Positions 51,991-64,000 of a stretch of 64,000 nt of DNA are shown in pieces; positions within the stretch are counted from its first letter, which is position 1; every line of letters begins with the position of its first letter. Origin of the DNA: Lama guanicoe (lineage: Eukaryota); the NCBI GenBank assembly GCA_013239625.1, contig MU053934.1, positions 4,916,399-4,980,398 on the forward strand. Reading direction: 5' to 3'. The notes under the pieces were generated by a model. That model saw only the letters and a program-made list of their open reading frames with translations. It was not told the origin of the DNA and did no database searches. The position numbers and the translations under genes were made by a program.

Positions 51991-53317
51991 TTCTGCTAGA
52001 TAGCCAAATTTCAAATTATAAAGTTAGTAAATACGTTTATAATGAAAGAAAAGAAGAGGAAAAGCAATGATGGAAGAAAAAGAAAGGTAACAGAAGTAGC
52101 AAAAGGGGTGAAGAAACTCTAGGTGAGTCATAATGAGTTATTTTACTCCGTTACTTATTTTTAGCATCAGTTTGAATTTAAGGCTTCTCTAAGAAAATCT
52201 TCAGAATGTATCTGTCTCTTTTGGAGATTTGTTTCAAAGTACTGGGTACCCTAAAGAAAGAGGTTCCACTACTTCTAGAAGCATTTGGTTGGTATTTACT
52301 ATTATAATTGCAATGCCCACCTCTTTTACTGTCTTTCCATCACCCCTATCCACACAAATACAAATTGAGTGAACATCTGAGATCTCTCGACTGAGTCAGA
52401 GTAGTACTTTAATGATTTTTAGCAGGATTGGTTTGTGTTGGCATTACTATCAGCATTTTTAAATTTCCAAACTTTACTGACATTTAGAATATCTCTCTTT
52501 CAAGATCTTACTTAACACAGTTACACAATAAAGCCAGGAGGCAAGTCTCTGAAAATGCTTCTAACTATCTGTTCCTCCTACTCTGCCCCTCACATGCGGC
52601 ACAAAGTTCAGCTCCTTTCACGGGATAGTTACCCAAGTCACATTTCACTGATGTTTTTGTTTCCTCAAACTGTCCATTCCTTACACACAATTTATCAACA
52701 AGGTTTGTACTAAAGAAGTCAGAGCAAAATGACATTCCTTTATGTTTTAATAAATTCACTAGAAACGCTAACTGTATTTTCCTGCTGATTTCTATTATAA
52801 CGTTATAAATAAATGCCTTTTCTTTAAGTTCAGTAGTCCAGGTTTAAAGTTTTAGGCAAAGGAAAGGGTTATATAACACAAGGTATTGTCCTAGAAGAGT
52901 TTCAGAATTTTGAGGCTCATTTTTTAAAATGTCAATTTCTTGATTTGGAAGATCAGATAGTGCAAATGCACACACACCCAGACCCCTAGCCTCAGAAAAC
53001 AGTTCTCCTTCACTCTCCAGTATGATGAACATCTTAAAACTGAATCATGATGTCAAATAGGGTAGTCACTAGTGTAATACCTTCAAAGCTCAAAAACACC
53101 TTATTTGAATCCCAGATAACTGCATTCAGAAAATAGTCATAAAATTTTCTACTGAATGGTATTCTTCATCTTTGTTCTCTATAGTATGATATCTAATACA
53201 ATAATAGTAGTACTAATACAGTATTAATACTTTAATACATAAACCTAATGTTTTATAATTTTCAGTTGTTCTTAAATAATACCTATTGCATTTTAGTCCA
53301 ATGCCCATTATACGCAC

Positions 53318-53560
53318 TTTTATTATGTAGCCTTGCAACCTTAAGAAGCTTACACTTCTTCTCTGAAGCAGGAATTTCTGATGTGGGGGCAGAAGCACAT
53401 GCTGTTGGTGAGTTACCCGCACCAGGTAATCCTTTAGGAAAGGTCACAGAGTAGGAGGTACGCCATCTAGTCCGACATGCTACTTCCCTCTCTCTATGCA
53501 GCAACTGTTCATCCATCAGCAATGTTATGACTTGCTTAGACTTTTCCCGGATATAATAAC
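53318..53560 (-). CDS. ENTHD1: ENTHD1 internal coding exon (equivalent to human exon 3); end of the ENTH domain plus linker
   Basis: Translates GYYIREKSKQVITLLMDEQLLHREREVACRTRWRTSYSVTFPKGLPGAGNSPTACASAPTSEIPASEKKCKLLKVARLHNK, matching recalled ENTHD1 (GYYIREKSKQVITLLMDE..EREVACRTR..SEKKYKL..RLHNK). Acceptor tatttttcAG|GT, donor AAAA|GTgcgt; 243 nt, phase 1 to phase 1. Confidence 0.95.
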
Positions 53561-55009
53561 CTGAAAAATACATTAATTTTCTTAAAAAAGAAAATATTAA
53601 TTAAGGCTACCATTAGTTTTATTTTAAGGAAAATTAGGGAAAAATGAAAATGTAAGCAAAGCGAGAAAACCTCTAGCAAACATAGAGAAACCTGTGTCAT
53701 TAGAATTTTCCATAACTATTCCTTTTCTTATGCTTTAAGAAGAAATATACGATGAAATTGTATCATACATTGGCATTACATTTTTCACCTTAAGTATGCT
53801 ATTGGATTTTCCTTTGAAAGTAATACATATTCTGCAATAAATCAAACAATATAGGCATACAAAGGAATGAATCAGATCCAGATGTACTGACCTAGATGTA
53901 TGACCATGACATATGGCTAAAGAGTTAAAGTAATTGCATAGTATCATTCAAACTTGTAAAGCATAAGGAAAATAAACCATTATATATGCATATAGAAGAG
54001 AGTAGCAGATAGAGAAAGACAAAGATGGATGGATGATGGGTGATGGATGGGCAGGCATCCATTGTTTATATCTGCTTCTTTAGAGAAATACAATTAGGTA
54101 GAACAAGAGAGGGGAGGGCAACTGAGTTTTCTTTGACAAAACATCCTACCAAAATAATGTGAGGCCATTAATACAGTACCAGAGGACAGACTAAGACCAG
54201 AATTCTAACAGTGCTGCTGCCCTTAACCATCTGGGTGACTCTGAGCCAGTTAGGTGGTTGTCTGAGCATGAGTCTCCTACCTGAAAATCGTCTATCTGTT
54301 CAGTTTAATTCACAGATATAAAAAAGTACACTCATTGAAATATATGGTATTACTAGTACTGTTCTCAGCCATCTCCATGAGAAATTAAAGGAAACACCTT
54401 TTCTCCATATCTTGGGACCAACCCATATTAACATCTCATGTCTTCCCAAGCCTTCTTCCAGAAGTAAACTGAACAGTCCCTAAACATCCACTACTATGCT
54501 CATTGTGAGCTCCAAGTATGATGAATTAGTGTTAATGTTTCTAACTATAATTTACCACTATTGGAAGTTATGAGAAATAGTCAAATTCAGGGTATATTTA
54601 TTTAGATGACAGGGGCCAACAATGTTCTTTAACTGCTGGTCATTTCATTAAGGAGTGATATGCACAGTGTCAGAAACCTTTACTCAAGGTGTCATCTTTC
54701 CCAAGATTATTTTATATAATCTCACTTCTTAGTTATTTCTTCCTTCCAAACTTCTTTGCTAACCGCTGCAAACTGCATGATTCTCAATATCCTTAATTTC
54801 CTCTAATTAGCTTACAGTCTAGTCTTTAACCAAAAAATCCCACGGTGTTTAGGGTTACCACTCAGCGTTGCATGATAGAAGCCTGCTGTGACTGTCAATC
54901 TTTGGGGACAACAAGCCAGACACTACTTCCCCAGATAAGTAACATAGCTTGATCTGGAGGAGGGAAGTGAAAAACTTGTTTTCCCATTCTCAGCTTCACA
55001 AATTCATCT

Positions 55010-55440
55010 CCTTCCACTTTCTCCCTCCCTCCCTCTACTCCAGCCACCCTGGCTGCCTTTATTCTCCAATCTCACCATACTATTTATCTCCTTAGAGCTA
55101 TATGCTGGCTGTTGTTTCTGCCAGGGACTCTTTGCATGGCTAGACCCCTGATTCATTCAGGTATTTACTCAGATGTCATCTCCTCAGAGAAGCTCTCCTT
55201 CTGCCCACCCTCTCTAAAACAGCCCACCCCCAGCACTCTCTATTCCCTCATCCTGCTTTATTTTTCAACTTGGCATTGATCACTACCTAATATTATATTA
55301 TATGGTTATCTGTTCTCTTATTTATTATTTGCTTCCTCACCTAGAATACAAGCTCTATGAGGGCAGAGACTCTTCAGTGTCTAGAAGAGTGATTAGCACA
55401 TAGTAAATGCTCAATAAATACTTACTGAGTGGATGAATCA
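55010..55440. mobile_element. LINE2 3' fragment
   Basis: ctactccagccaccctgg..tgtcatctcctcagaga..ctagaatacaagctctatgagggcagagac..cacatagtaaatgctcaataaatac. Confidence 0.8.
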
Positions 55441-56319
55441 ATAAAGGAGCAAATTACCAAAAAGTCTCAATTTTCTCCTTGACATAGAGCAAATCAAGCC
55501 AGACGGGTGAAAAATACTGATTGCCAATTTACAACTTAACTGCCTGAGAAAGTTGCTTGGCCTGAAATAATTTCTTGCAACATACCTAATTAGAAAAGGT
55601 TAGAACTAGAAATTATGGGATAGATATGGACTACTCTACTTGGAGTCTGCATGGGTTTGTGGGATTTGAAGACAGCAGCAATAGTTCAAAGGGACTAGCA
55701 GGCACATCAAGCAGAAAGCCAGCCACAGGGATGAAGGACTTCTCCCTGAAGCATCAGGGCTCCTCCCCGAGGTAGCAGTCTGCGACGTCAGGAAGGTCAG
55801 GCCACAGCAGTTTACAGAAAAAAGGGAAGAAATCACCCAGAAATGAACTTTCCACTCAAGGCTGCCCACTGCCCTGGTTACCTCCCCACCATCCTTGAGA
55901 TACTGGAGAGTAGGAACCTGGTTGTTCTAAAGCATCAAAACTGGAAGTAAAAAAGTCCAAGAACCCAATAAACTTGCTTGAAGGATGTGATAAATAATAA
56001 TAGTAATAAGATGGCAACTACTCACTTCTGCCTATACATTTCTGAAAAGAAGAGAGTAAGTGCATAGCACTGAAGTAGAATAGTACTGATAACAGAATAA
56101 ACTCAGGCAGCAGTTTCTTCGTGTTTGAAAAAAGGAGGGATGGGGAAAGGGGTTGGGAAGGGTGAGAGGGACACAGAGAGAGGGAAGGAGAAAACAGACG
56201 CTCTGAAATAAGAAATTAAACTATGCAACAGATCAATATCCAAAGATATTATATAAAACACATCAAGATGAAAAGCCTGCTAGTTGAGGTGAAGGTTAAA
56301 ATAAAATAAAGTTATATAC

Positions 56320-56700
56320 TATTTAATTGGGAATCTTTTGGTTGTAAGTGACAGAAACTCAATGTGAACTGGCCATGAGAAAGCCAGTGGTTGCAACTGG
56401 GCCTCAGATATAAACAAAGCAGAGACTGGAAAACTGCTAGGACTCTCCCTTGCCCCTCCCTGCTTCCCTCTGTGTAATGCCTTTATTTTCTCCTCTTGTA
56501 AGTTGACTTCTTCCATCTGGATGTGGATATGACCACAGACAGCTCCAGATTCATACCTCACACTCTGCCACCTAAGAAATCTCCCTCTTCATTTATTCAA
56601 ATTTGAAAAATCCAGGAGAATGACTCTGATTGGCCCAGCTTGAAAGTCACATACCCATCACTATGGCCAGAGGGCTGATGCTACCACTGGCAACCCCTAG
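56320..56700 (-). mobile_element. MLT1K-like MaLR LTR fragment
   Basis: cttttggttgtaagtgacagaaactcaa..ctctgattggcccagcttg. Confidence 0.65.
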
Positions 56701-57829
56701 AAAGACACAGGAGAGGGAGGGAAGGATCAACAGGATAGAAAAATGAACAAGTAAAAAGCTAACCTGAGTAATCCGCCCAAACTCAAGGCAAAGGACAAGG
56801 ACATACAAATCACTAGATCAACTATGCAACCAATTCCCAAAGATACTAACTTACAAAGTCATTTCATCATTTCTTAAACACTTACATTTCAGGAAATGTT
56901 CTAAGTAGCAGGGGCACAGGTGAGGAAAAAAGAGACAAGGTCCTTAAAGAAGATAATTTTAGGTAAAAATTAATGCTCTAAAGGAAATAAAGAGGAGGGA
57001 CATGCTAAACATCAGTTTAGGGTGCAGTCAAGGAAAGTCTTACCACAGAAGTAACATAGCAGCTGAGTCTTAGGCAGCATGAAGAAGCCAGCTGTGCAGA
57101 CATACAGGCAGAGAGCGCCTGGCAGAGGGAACAGCCTGGATTTCACTGTTTCAGGAAAGCCTTCTGCTGAGATAACAGCCTGCTTCCCGTCTCGCCCTAC
57201 ACATACATCAGGACCTCGCTTTCACACACTCTCAGAGCACTTACCTTGCCTTTCATAGGATTCCCACAGTATCTGCCTATGTGATAAATGTCTTTTTCCT
57301 CCATTAGAGTGTAACACCCATGAAGGCCAGAACCGTACTTGTTTGCTTTAGAGATGCTTAAGAAATGTTTGTTAGTGTGCTGAGGAAAAATTTCCTCAAT
57401 GAAGGAGAGGGATCTATATAAATTTACAACTGAACATCATGTAAAGAGATTTGGAAATATGGTAAATTCAAAGATACTGGGCACCCCAGCAAGAAAGACA
57501 CATACCAGACTTAAAAAAACAAATAAAATATGTACTAGGCTTCGAACGGTTGTTATAAAACATCTCAATACTCCTCTCTCCATTCTTGACTCACTGATCT
57601 ACCAAAATCTACTTCTCTTCTTACATTCCTTTCTTAGTGAGTTTTTCTTCCATTCTAAGCCAGAAATATGAACATTCACCTCCCCAAACTCAGTCATTCA
57701 TGTCTATTGATTGTACCTACTAAATGTCTAATTCCATTCTCTCCTCTCCATTCCCCTTAGTTCAGGCCTGTGGTGTTCTAAATTATTTACTTATCAGATG
57801 TCTCCTTTCCAATCGACCCTCCACAATGC

Positions 57830-59210
57830 CTTCAGGTGGGGATGGGGTAGAGTGGAGAGGAACAGCAGAAGAATCCCAAACAGCATATCTGTTCAAATTA
57901 TTTTCATAAAAACCTTCAGTCAAGTTGGCACAGTAAGTTCATGCTTCAAAGCAGCCCTCTGCTCTGTTCCAAATACACAGCAATAACAGATATCGTCAGT
58001 TCTCAGAAAAAAATAAAAACCTCCACAACCAGAAACACAGGGAAAATGAAAAAGCAATGAGCAGGACTGCAGTCACAGGGCTGCTGGGCTCTTAATCTGG
58101 CGGCCAGGAGTTCAGTCCCTCAGGTGTTAGGGAACCAGAGCTGGTCTCACTCTTCGATGTTAGGGGTATCCATGTCTGCAAGAGAAGGCTGGGAAGAAAA
58201 GAAAAACTAAAAAAGCCATTAATTGCTTACTGGCTATAACTTAGTTGCAGCTCTGGGTCTAGAAGCAAGAGGGCACAATACATCCTTAAGGCCTGGAACT
58301 AAACTAAGCCACTTGCTGGCTCAGCGCCTAGATCGATGACACCCTAGTATTATCACAGGGCATGACTCCCGAGCTACCTTTATAAGGCTGGACTGGAGGT
58401 GAAAACTGAAAAATCAATATAAAGGGAAGAATGAACATGGGTAGCTGGGGAAGAACCTCTCACTCAAAATAAACCCCAAAACTAAAATTACAAAATAGAT
58501 TTTTAAAAATCTTAAAATGGCCAATAAATGCAGCAATCCAAACAAATTCACTCCAAAAGAAATCAGCGTTCTATAGGATTCTATAGAATCTTCTATAAAT
58601 CAATATTCTATATTGTCACAGATTTAAAATCTAATAACAAAGACTTTTAAATAAATATGATTAAAATAGATTAACACAGGCATTACAGCCACAACAAGGA
58701 ATATGAAATTATAAAACAAAACAAAAACAGGCAGAAATGAAACAAGAACAGATGGATATGAAAAGAACCAATTTAAAGTCCTAGAAATGAAAATTACAGT
58801 CACCGGGATTAAAAGAGAAAACCCTCAACAGCCAAGGCAAACTCCAGAATCTAACAGTTGAAGAGAGAACTGACAATTAAAGAGTACTACTAAGGAATTT
58901 TTCCAAAACACAGCACAGAGAGGCAACAAGATTAAAAGGATTAACCAAAAGTCATAAAGGACAGATTGCAGTATTCTTAGAAGACGAATATTCACTTAGA
59001 AGAAGTTTCAAAAGAAAATTATAATAATCATGAAAAAAGCAATATTCAGAAAGACAAGAACTGGGAATTTTACAGAGAAGATATAGAATCCTCTTATCAA
59101 AAATGATCTCCAAACACTAAGCAGAAGAAATGAAAATAAAATTATACCTAGAAAAAAAAGTAGAAAACCAGAACTTACAGGATAAAGAGAAACTCTGAAG
59201 GCTACCACCA
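57830..59210 (+). mobile_element. HAL1/L1ME-like 5' UTR and ORF1 relic
   Basis: A-rich decayed ORF1-type phrases (aagaaccaatt..ctagaaatgaaaatt..ttgaagagagaa). Confidence 0.55.
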
Positions 59211-61749
59211 ATCCCTTCTCTGGGCCTACAAGAGCCCACTAGCCACTCAGTCAGCAAACATTTACTCGACACCTACACAAACCAAGTGAAGACACAGAGA
59301 TAAAAATACAGTAATCTCAGCCCTCCAAACACCCCCAGGCCAGCGAGGGGACTGACATGTAGTAAGTCATTACAGCAGAGTGATGCGTGCTGCAACAGAC
59401 GTGCACGGACGAGGTGACAAGGTGCTGCGGACGGGGATAAGCTGCGAGACTCCACAGGGCAGTGGGAAGACCTTCTAGAGAATATTCACACTGAGCTTTA
59501 GCTTCATTTGAACTTGAATATGCACTGCAGGAAATAATGAAAGTAAAAATACGCCAGTGACTAATATTTTTAGCTAACATTGATTAATGACTTACTATGT
59601 GCCTGACTTTCAGACATTATCTCCAGTCTTCACAACAACCCTGAGAGTTTATGAACTAAGTCTACTTTACTGATGAGAAAAGAAAGTTTAGGGTGAGTAA
59701 GAAAGTTTCCCATAGTCATAAGTTAATAAACTAGAAAGTAGAGATTAGCGCTATAAATAACAAAATATAGACTTTAATTTCTATGGCTTTCGTATGCAAC
59801 GTAATCAATTTTATTTGATGAGAACCTTGAGCAGAGAATGATTCTGCTGAAATAGCACTGAAGTGCTAACCTGTTACTGTCCCCTTTGTGTTACTGTCCT
59901 CTGTTGGCTATCTGAGTACAATAAACAAGGAGCAGGAAGGCTGGCTGGACCAGCACATTTATTTATATAAATTCATGATTTGCTTCTTGCTATTATGATT
60001 ATTAGTATGACTATAGTTGCTGAAAGGAGCAAAAGGCAATCCAAAATATTCAACTGAGTATAAATGTTTTGTTTAAACTCAGTAATATAGCTTTTAACAA
60101 TAAAAGAACAGGCTTATGATGACCCAAAGTCTACAATATATGTTTGCTAAAGGAAATCCACTTATTGATCAAGAGTATAAAAATGTTTGTTACAGGAAAT
60201 CACATTTGCTCACGTAAGCTATAAATGAACTCAGTAGCTTTGTGTTAAGTAAGCCATCTCTGTAGATGAGCACATCTACACTGCAGTAACTAATCAAGCC
60301 ACCACCACCTATCAGGGGAGTTCAATGGTTAGAGAATTTTGACTACTACTGTCTGACATCTGTAGAAAAAAATTAAGTCCACTGCACTGTGATGCTTGAT
60401 TTCTTCCCGCAGTGCTTAGCCACTACATCGTACGGCCTGGGAACTGTCTGCCTCACCCATCCCACACCCAGTCACACTTGTAAGAAACGTAATATCTCCA
60501 AATTTTAGCTTTTTGGCTTTTAGAGCCTTCACAAGCTAACCAAGATCTAAAGTTGTTTTTTTGTTTTTTTTTTTTTACATTGAAATGTTTTCTTTTTCTT
60601 GAACTTACTCTTTCCAGGTAGCTTGTCTCTATTCAATTCATTAGTTGTCTTGAAAAGAAAATCTGAGTCATTCCTCTTTTCTCCTACTTGCCCAGGCTCC
60701 TCCTTTCTCCAAGCCCAAATACCTGGGTTTTTCTCCCCTCTTAGAAGAACCTGAGCTCAAAACACAAACTCCCTCTCAAAAAAAGTTGATTTTAATAATT
60801 TGTAAGCTAATATAAATATAAATAAATGTATTACATCTTCCAGAGTATTTACCTTTCACATTTTGATTTGTATCTCATAACTATGGCTTAAAAGGCTTTT
60901 AGTTCTTACTCCAAGATGACGAATTTAGTGAGCAATGACTGGACGAGTGGTAAGGGCCCATCCTTGAGTTTTGAAGGACGCACAGAGAAGCAGCCTATAC
61001 AAAATTAGCCATCAATATAAATGTGCACTAATTTCCTAAGTTGGATAACCGATAATGATAGTAAAGAACTACAATGGCAGTAATGTCACTAATAGCATGC
61101 TACTTCTAGTTAAATAGCTTAACGTAACTTTTTAACAACACTGAAAGCTTGTCTTTTAATATGTACCTTCTTAAAAGCTCCACCTTTAATTTAAATGTAT
61201 GTGTGTAATATATATTTACATTGTATAAATGTAAAATGGCCCATTTAAATGAAATTAACTGCAATTTCATGACTTACCTAATTGAGAATAAAATAGTACA
61301 TAAAGCTATAAATATGCACACATTTCCGAGAACCTGAATTAGTTTTCTTAAAAAAATACCATAATTTGTTTAAATAATTATTTGTAGTATGAAACATTCA
61401 ACTGGGTATTTTTCAGACAATTTTAATTAAGTTTGTTCTGGTAATTCAGTGAAACTTTGTTACAATATTTTTAAGAACTCTTTAAAAATTGAGAGGCTGT
61501 GTAGCCTAATGATAGAATAGGACTAAATAATATTAGGATATATATATATTTTAATCATGTTCATCCATTAATTAGCTGTGCAACCCTACCTAAATAACTT
61601 AATGTGTCTGAATGTTAACTCATCATCTTTGTAAGAAAGATAATCACATCCTTCGTTCCTCATGCGATGTTGTAAGGATCAAATAAGATACCATACATGG
61701 AAATGCTCTATTATTAAAATCTAAAAATGCTCAAACTAGACACCATATA

Positions 61750-62840
61750 AGAAAGAACTTTACCTCTACCTCACAATATGCCCCAAAATTAATTCTAGAT
61801 CATAGACCTAGCTAAAAGTATAAAATGTCTAGAAGAAAACATAGGGGAACACCTTCATGGCCTTGGAGTAGGCAAGTTTCTTAGACAAGGCACAAAAGAC
61901 ATTAACCATAGAAGAAAAAAACAAACTGGACTTCATCAAAAGACATCAGGAAAGTGAAAAGAAAAACCACAAACTTGGAGAAAATATCTATAGTATGTAT
62001 TTCTGACAAAGGATAAAGAACTCCTAAAAATCAATGATAAAAAGACCAAAAAAAAATTTTTTTAATAGGCAAAACACTTGACTAGGCAAAAGATGTGCAT
62101 AGTGCCAAAATCATATCAAAAGTGCTCAGCAACTTTTCAGAAAAATACAAATTGAAACAATACTATATAATCATCAGAATGGTTAAATGTTAAAAATAAC
62201 AATACCTAAGTATTGACAAAGATGTAGAACAACAAACTCTCAAACACTGACGGCGGGAGTATAAAATGATAAAACCACCTTAGAAAACTTTAGTTAAATA
62301 CATACTTGCCCAATGACTCAGAAATTCCACTCCTGAGTATATGTCCAAGAGAACTGAATATTTATGGTCACAAAATGTCTTACACAAGAATGTTCATAAC
62401 AGCTCTATTCATAACAGCCAAGAACTACACATGATTCAAATATCCATCAACAGAAGACATAGTCATATGATGGAATATTAACTTGGTAATAAATAGGAAT
62501 GATACTACTGATAGAAGCAACAACATGGATAAGTCTCAAAACATTATGTTGAGAAGAAAGGAGCCAGAAACAAAAGAATACATACTGTATGCTTCCATTT
62601 ATATGAATTTCAAGAACAAATGAGACTAATCTATATGGTGAGAGAAATTAGAATAGTAGTTACCTCTGGGGAGGAGGGAGGACTGACTGGAAAGGAGAAT
62701 AAAGGAACTTTCTCAGATGATGGAAATGTTCTTTATCTTGAATGGGTGATGGTTACGTTTATCAACATTCATCAAACTTTACACTTAAGATCTATGCATT
62801 TTATAGTATACAAATTATATCTCAATAAAGCACTGTTAGC
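61750..62840 (+). mobile_element. Old L1M ORF2 end and 3' UTR
   Basis: ctagaagaaaacatagg, tgactcagaaattccactcctg, gatggaaatgttctttatcttg, aaattatatctcaataaag. Confidence 0.85.
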
Positions 62841-63859
62841 ATTAAAAATATATTTTTAAAAGTAATTTGTAGTAAAGAAGTAGAAACTTTTGTTATTAAA
62901 GGAGTCAATTCTGACACTTATATTTCTTATATTCCTAAAAGAAAGTCAATTGCTATAAAGTTGGTAAAGTATAAAAATATTAAGGTATTAATCACCCACT
63001 CTTCAAATACCTATTGAGTGATCCTACTTCCAGGCAATGTGTTAAGGGACACTAGGGACACTGTTCTCACCTTTAAGAAATTCAAGTTTTGCAGGGATAC
63101 GGAGAGGGATACCAGTACGCTTTGACAGAGGTATATAGATACTGTGGACATAAGGAGAGAATGTTACACTCTACCTGAGAATGTCAAGGACATTCAGGAC
63201 CCTGAATCATTTACGGGAATATGGTGCCTTTTCTAACAAGTTTGAGCCTTACCAGTAATGGGCCCTAACCCTAAAATAAGAGACTGGCCCAGCCATGCCA
63301 ACTTTTCAGGAAAATACAAATTGAAACAATACTATTTGCCCACATTAGGTATACTTGAGTGAAGAATTTTTAAGCCACAAAAGCACAAGTAAAGAATATA
63401 AGTTATACATTTCTCATACCATCTTCGACCTAAATAACTCTGAAATAGATGCAAAAAAAGGATAAATTTCTCATCTCCTGTCCCAGATTAGTGAACAGAG
63501 CTAGTTCAGTTCTCAGGCCCTTCCTAACTGCTCCAACCCGCTGTATGTAACCAATTAAATGCCTGGTCAAGTCTAGAGACATGACACATGTTGACAGGAT
63601 GGAGCAGAAGAGTGACGAGCATGATCAGGATGGGGCTGACATCACTCATCCATTCAATCAATCATTCAGTGATACACTGTAGTAGTTAAGAACATGGATT
63701 CTGGAACCAAAACTGTAATCTTGGCTCTGCCATAACTAGCATAACTAGTTGGGAATTACAGAATAAACTTATTTTTAAACAGTATGTTAGCTATATTATA
63801 AAATAATGGTATTCTACAGATTCTAGACACTAGTGGAATACCTCTAACTATAAAGCAAT

Positions 63860-64000
63860 GTAGCCAATGCAATCTACAGATTTAAAGTGATCCCTATCAT
63901 ATTACCTGGGACATTTTTCATGGAACTAGAAAAAATAATCCTAAAATTTATATGGAGTCACAAAAGACCCAGAATTGCCAAAGCAATACTGAAGAAAAAG
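63860..64000 (+). mobile_element. L1 ORF2 fragment running off the window edge
   Basis: gcaatctacagattt..atccctatc..cacaaaagacccagaattgccaaagcaatactgaagaaaaag, homologous to 30750-30880. Confidence 0.9.

Noticed and set aside
58580..58592. 14-bp palindrome gattctatagaatc within ttctata repeats (coordinates approximate)
   Set aside because: Short, AT-rich and inside an old LINE; consistent with local slippage or chance.

Overview
This is mammalian genomic DNA, most likely camelid: it carries three tRNA-derived Vic-1-like SINEs and a young camelid-type L1 3' UTR. The window is the interior of ENTHD1 (ENTH domain-containing 1, testis-enriched) on the minus strand. Three internal coding exons are visible, at 53318-53560 (243 nt), 37024-37142 (119 nt) and 19644-19764 (121 nt), all with AG/GT boundaries and compatible phases. 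The rest is intron, mostly transposable-element relics: L1 of several ages, L2, MIR, MaLR/ERVL/ERV1 LTRs, a decayed ERVL gag-pol segment and hAT-family DNA transposons, often nested. Nearly all other entries in the ORF track are spurious or repeat-derived. I found no convincing novel biological system. The leads worth checking are small: a local 37-bp templated duplication, a possible old L1 3' transduction, CpG-dense islets inside ancient repeats, an RFX X-box in unique intron sequence, a sense-oriented L1 polyA signal just upstream of an exon, and an L1 tail converted into a palindrome. Gene and repeat-family names come from recalled consensus sequences, not database searches, and most repeat boundaries are approximate.
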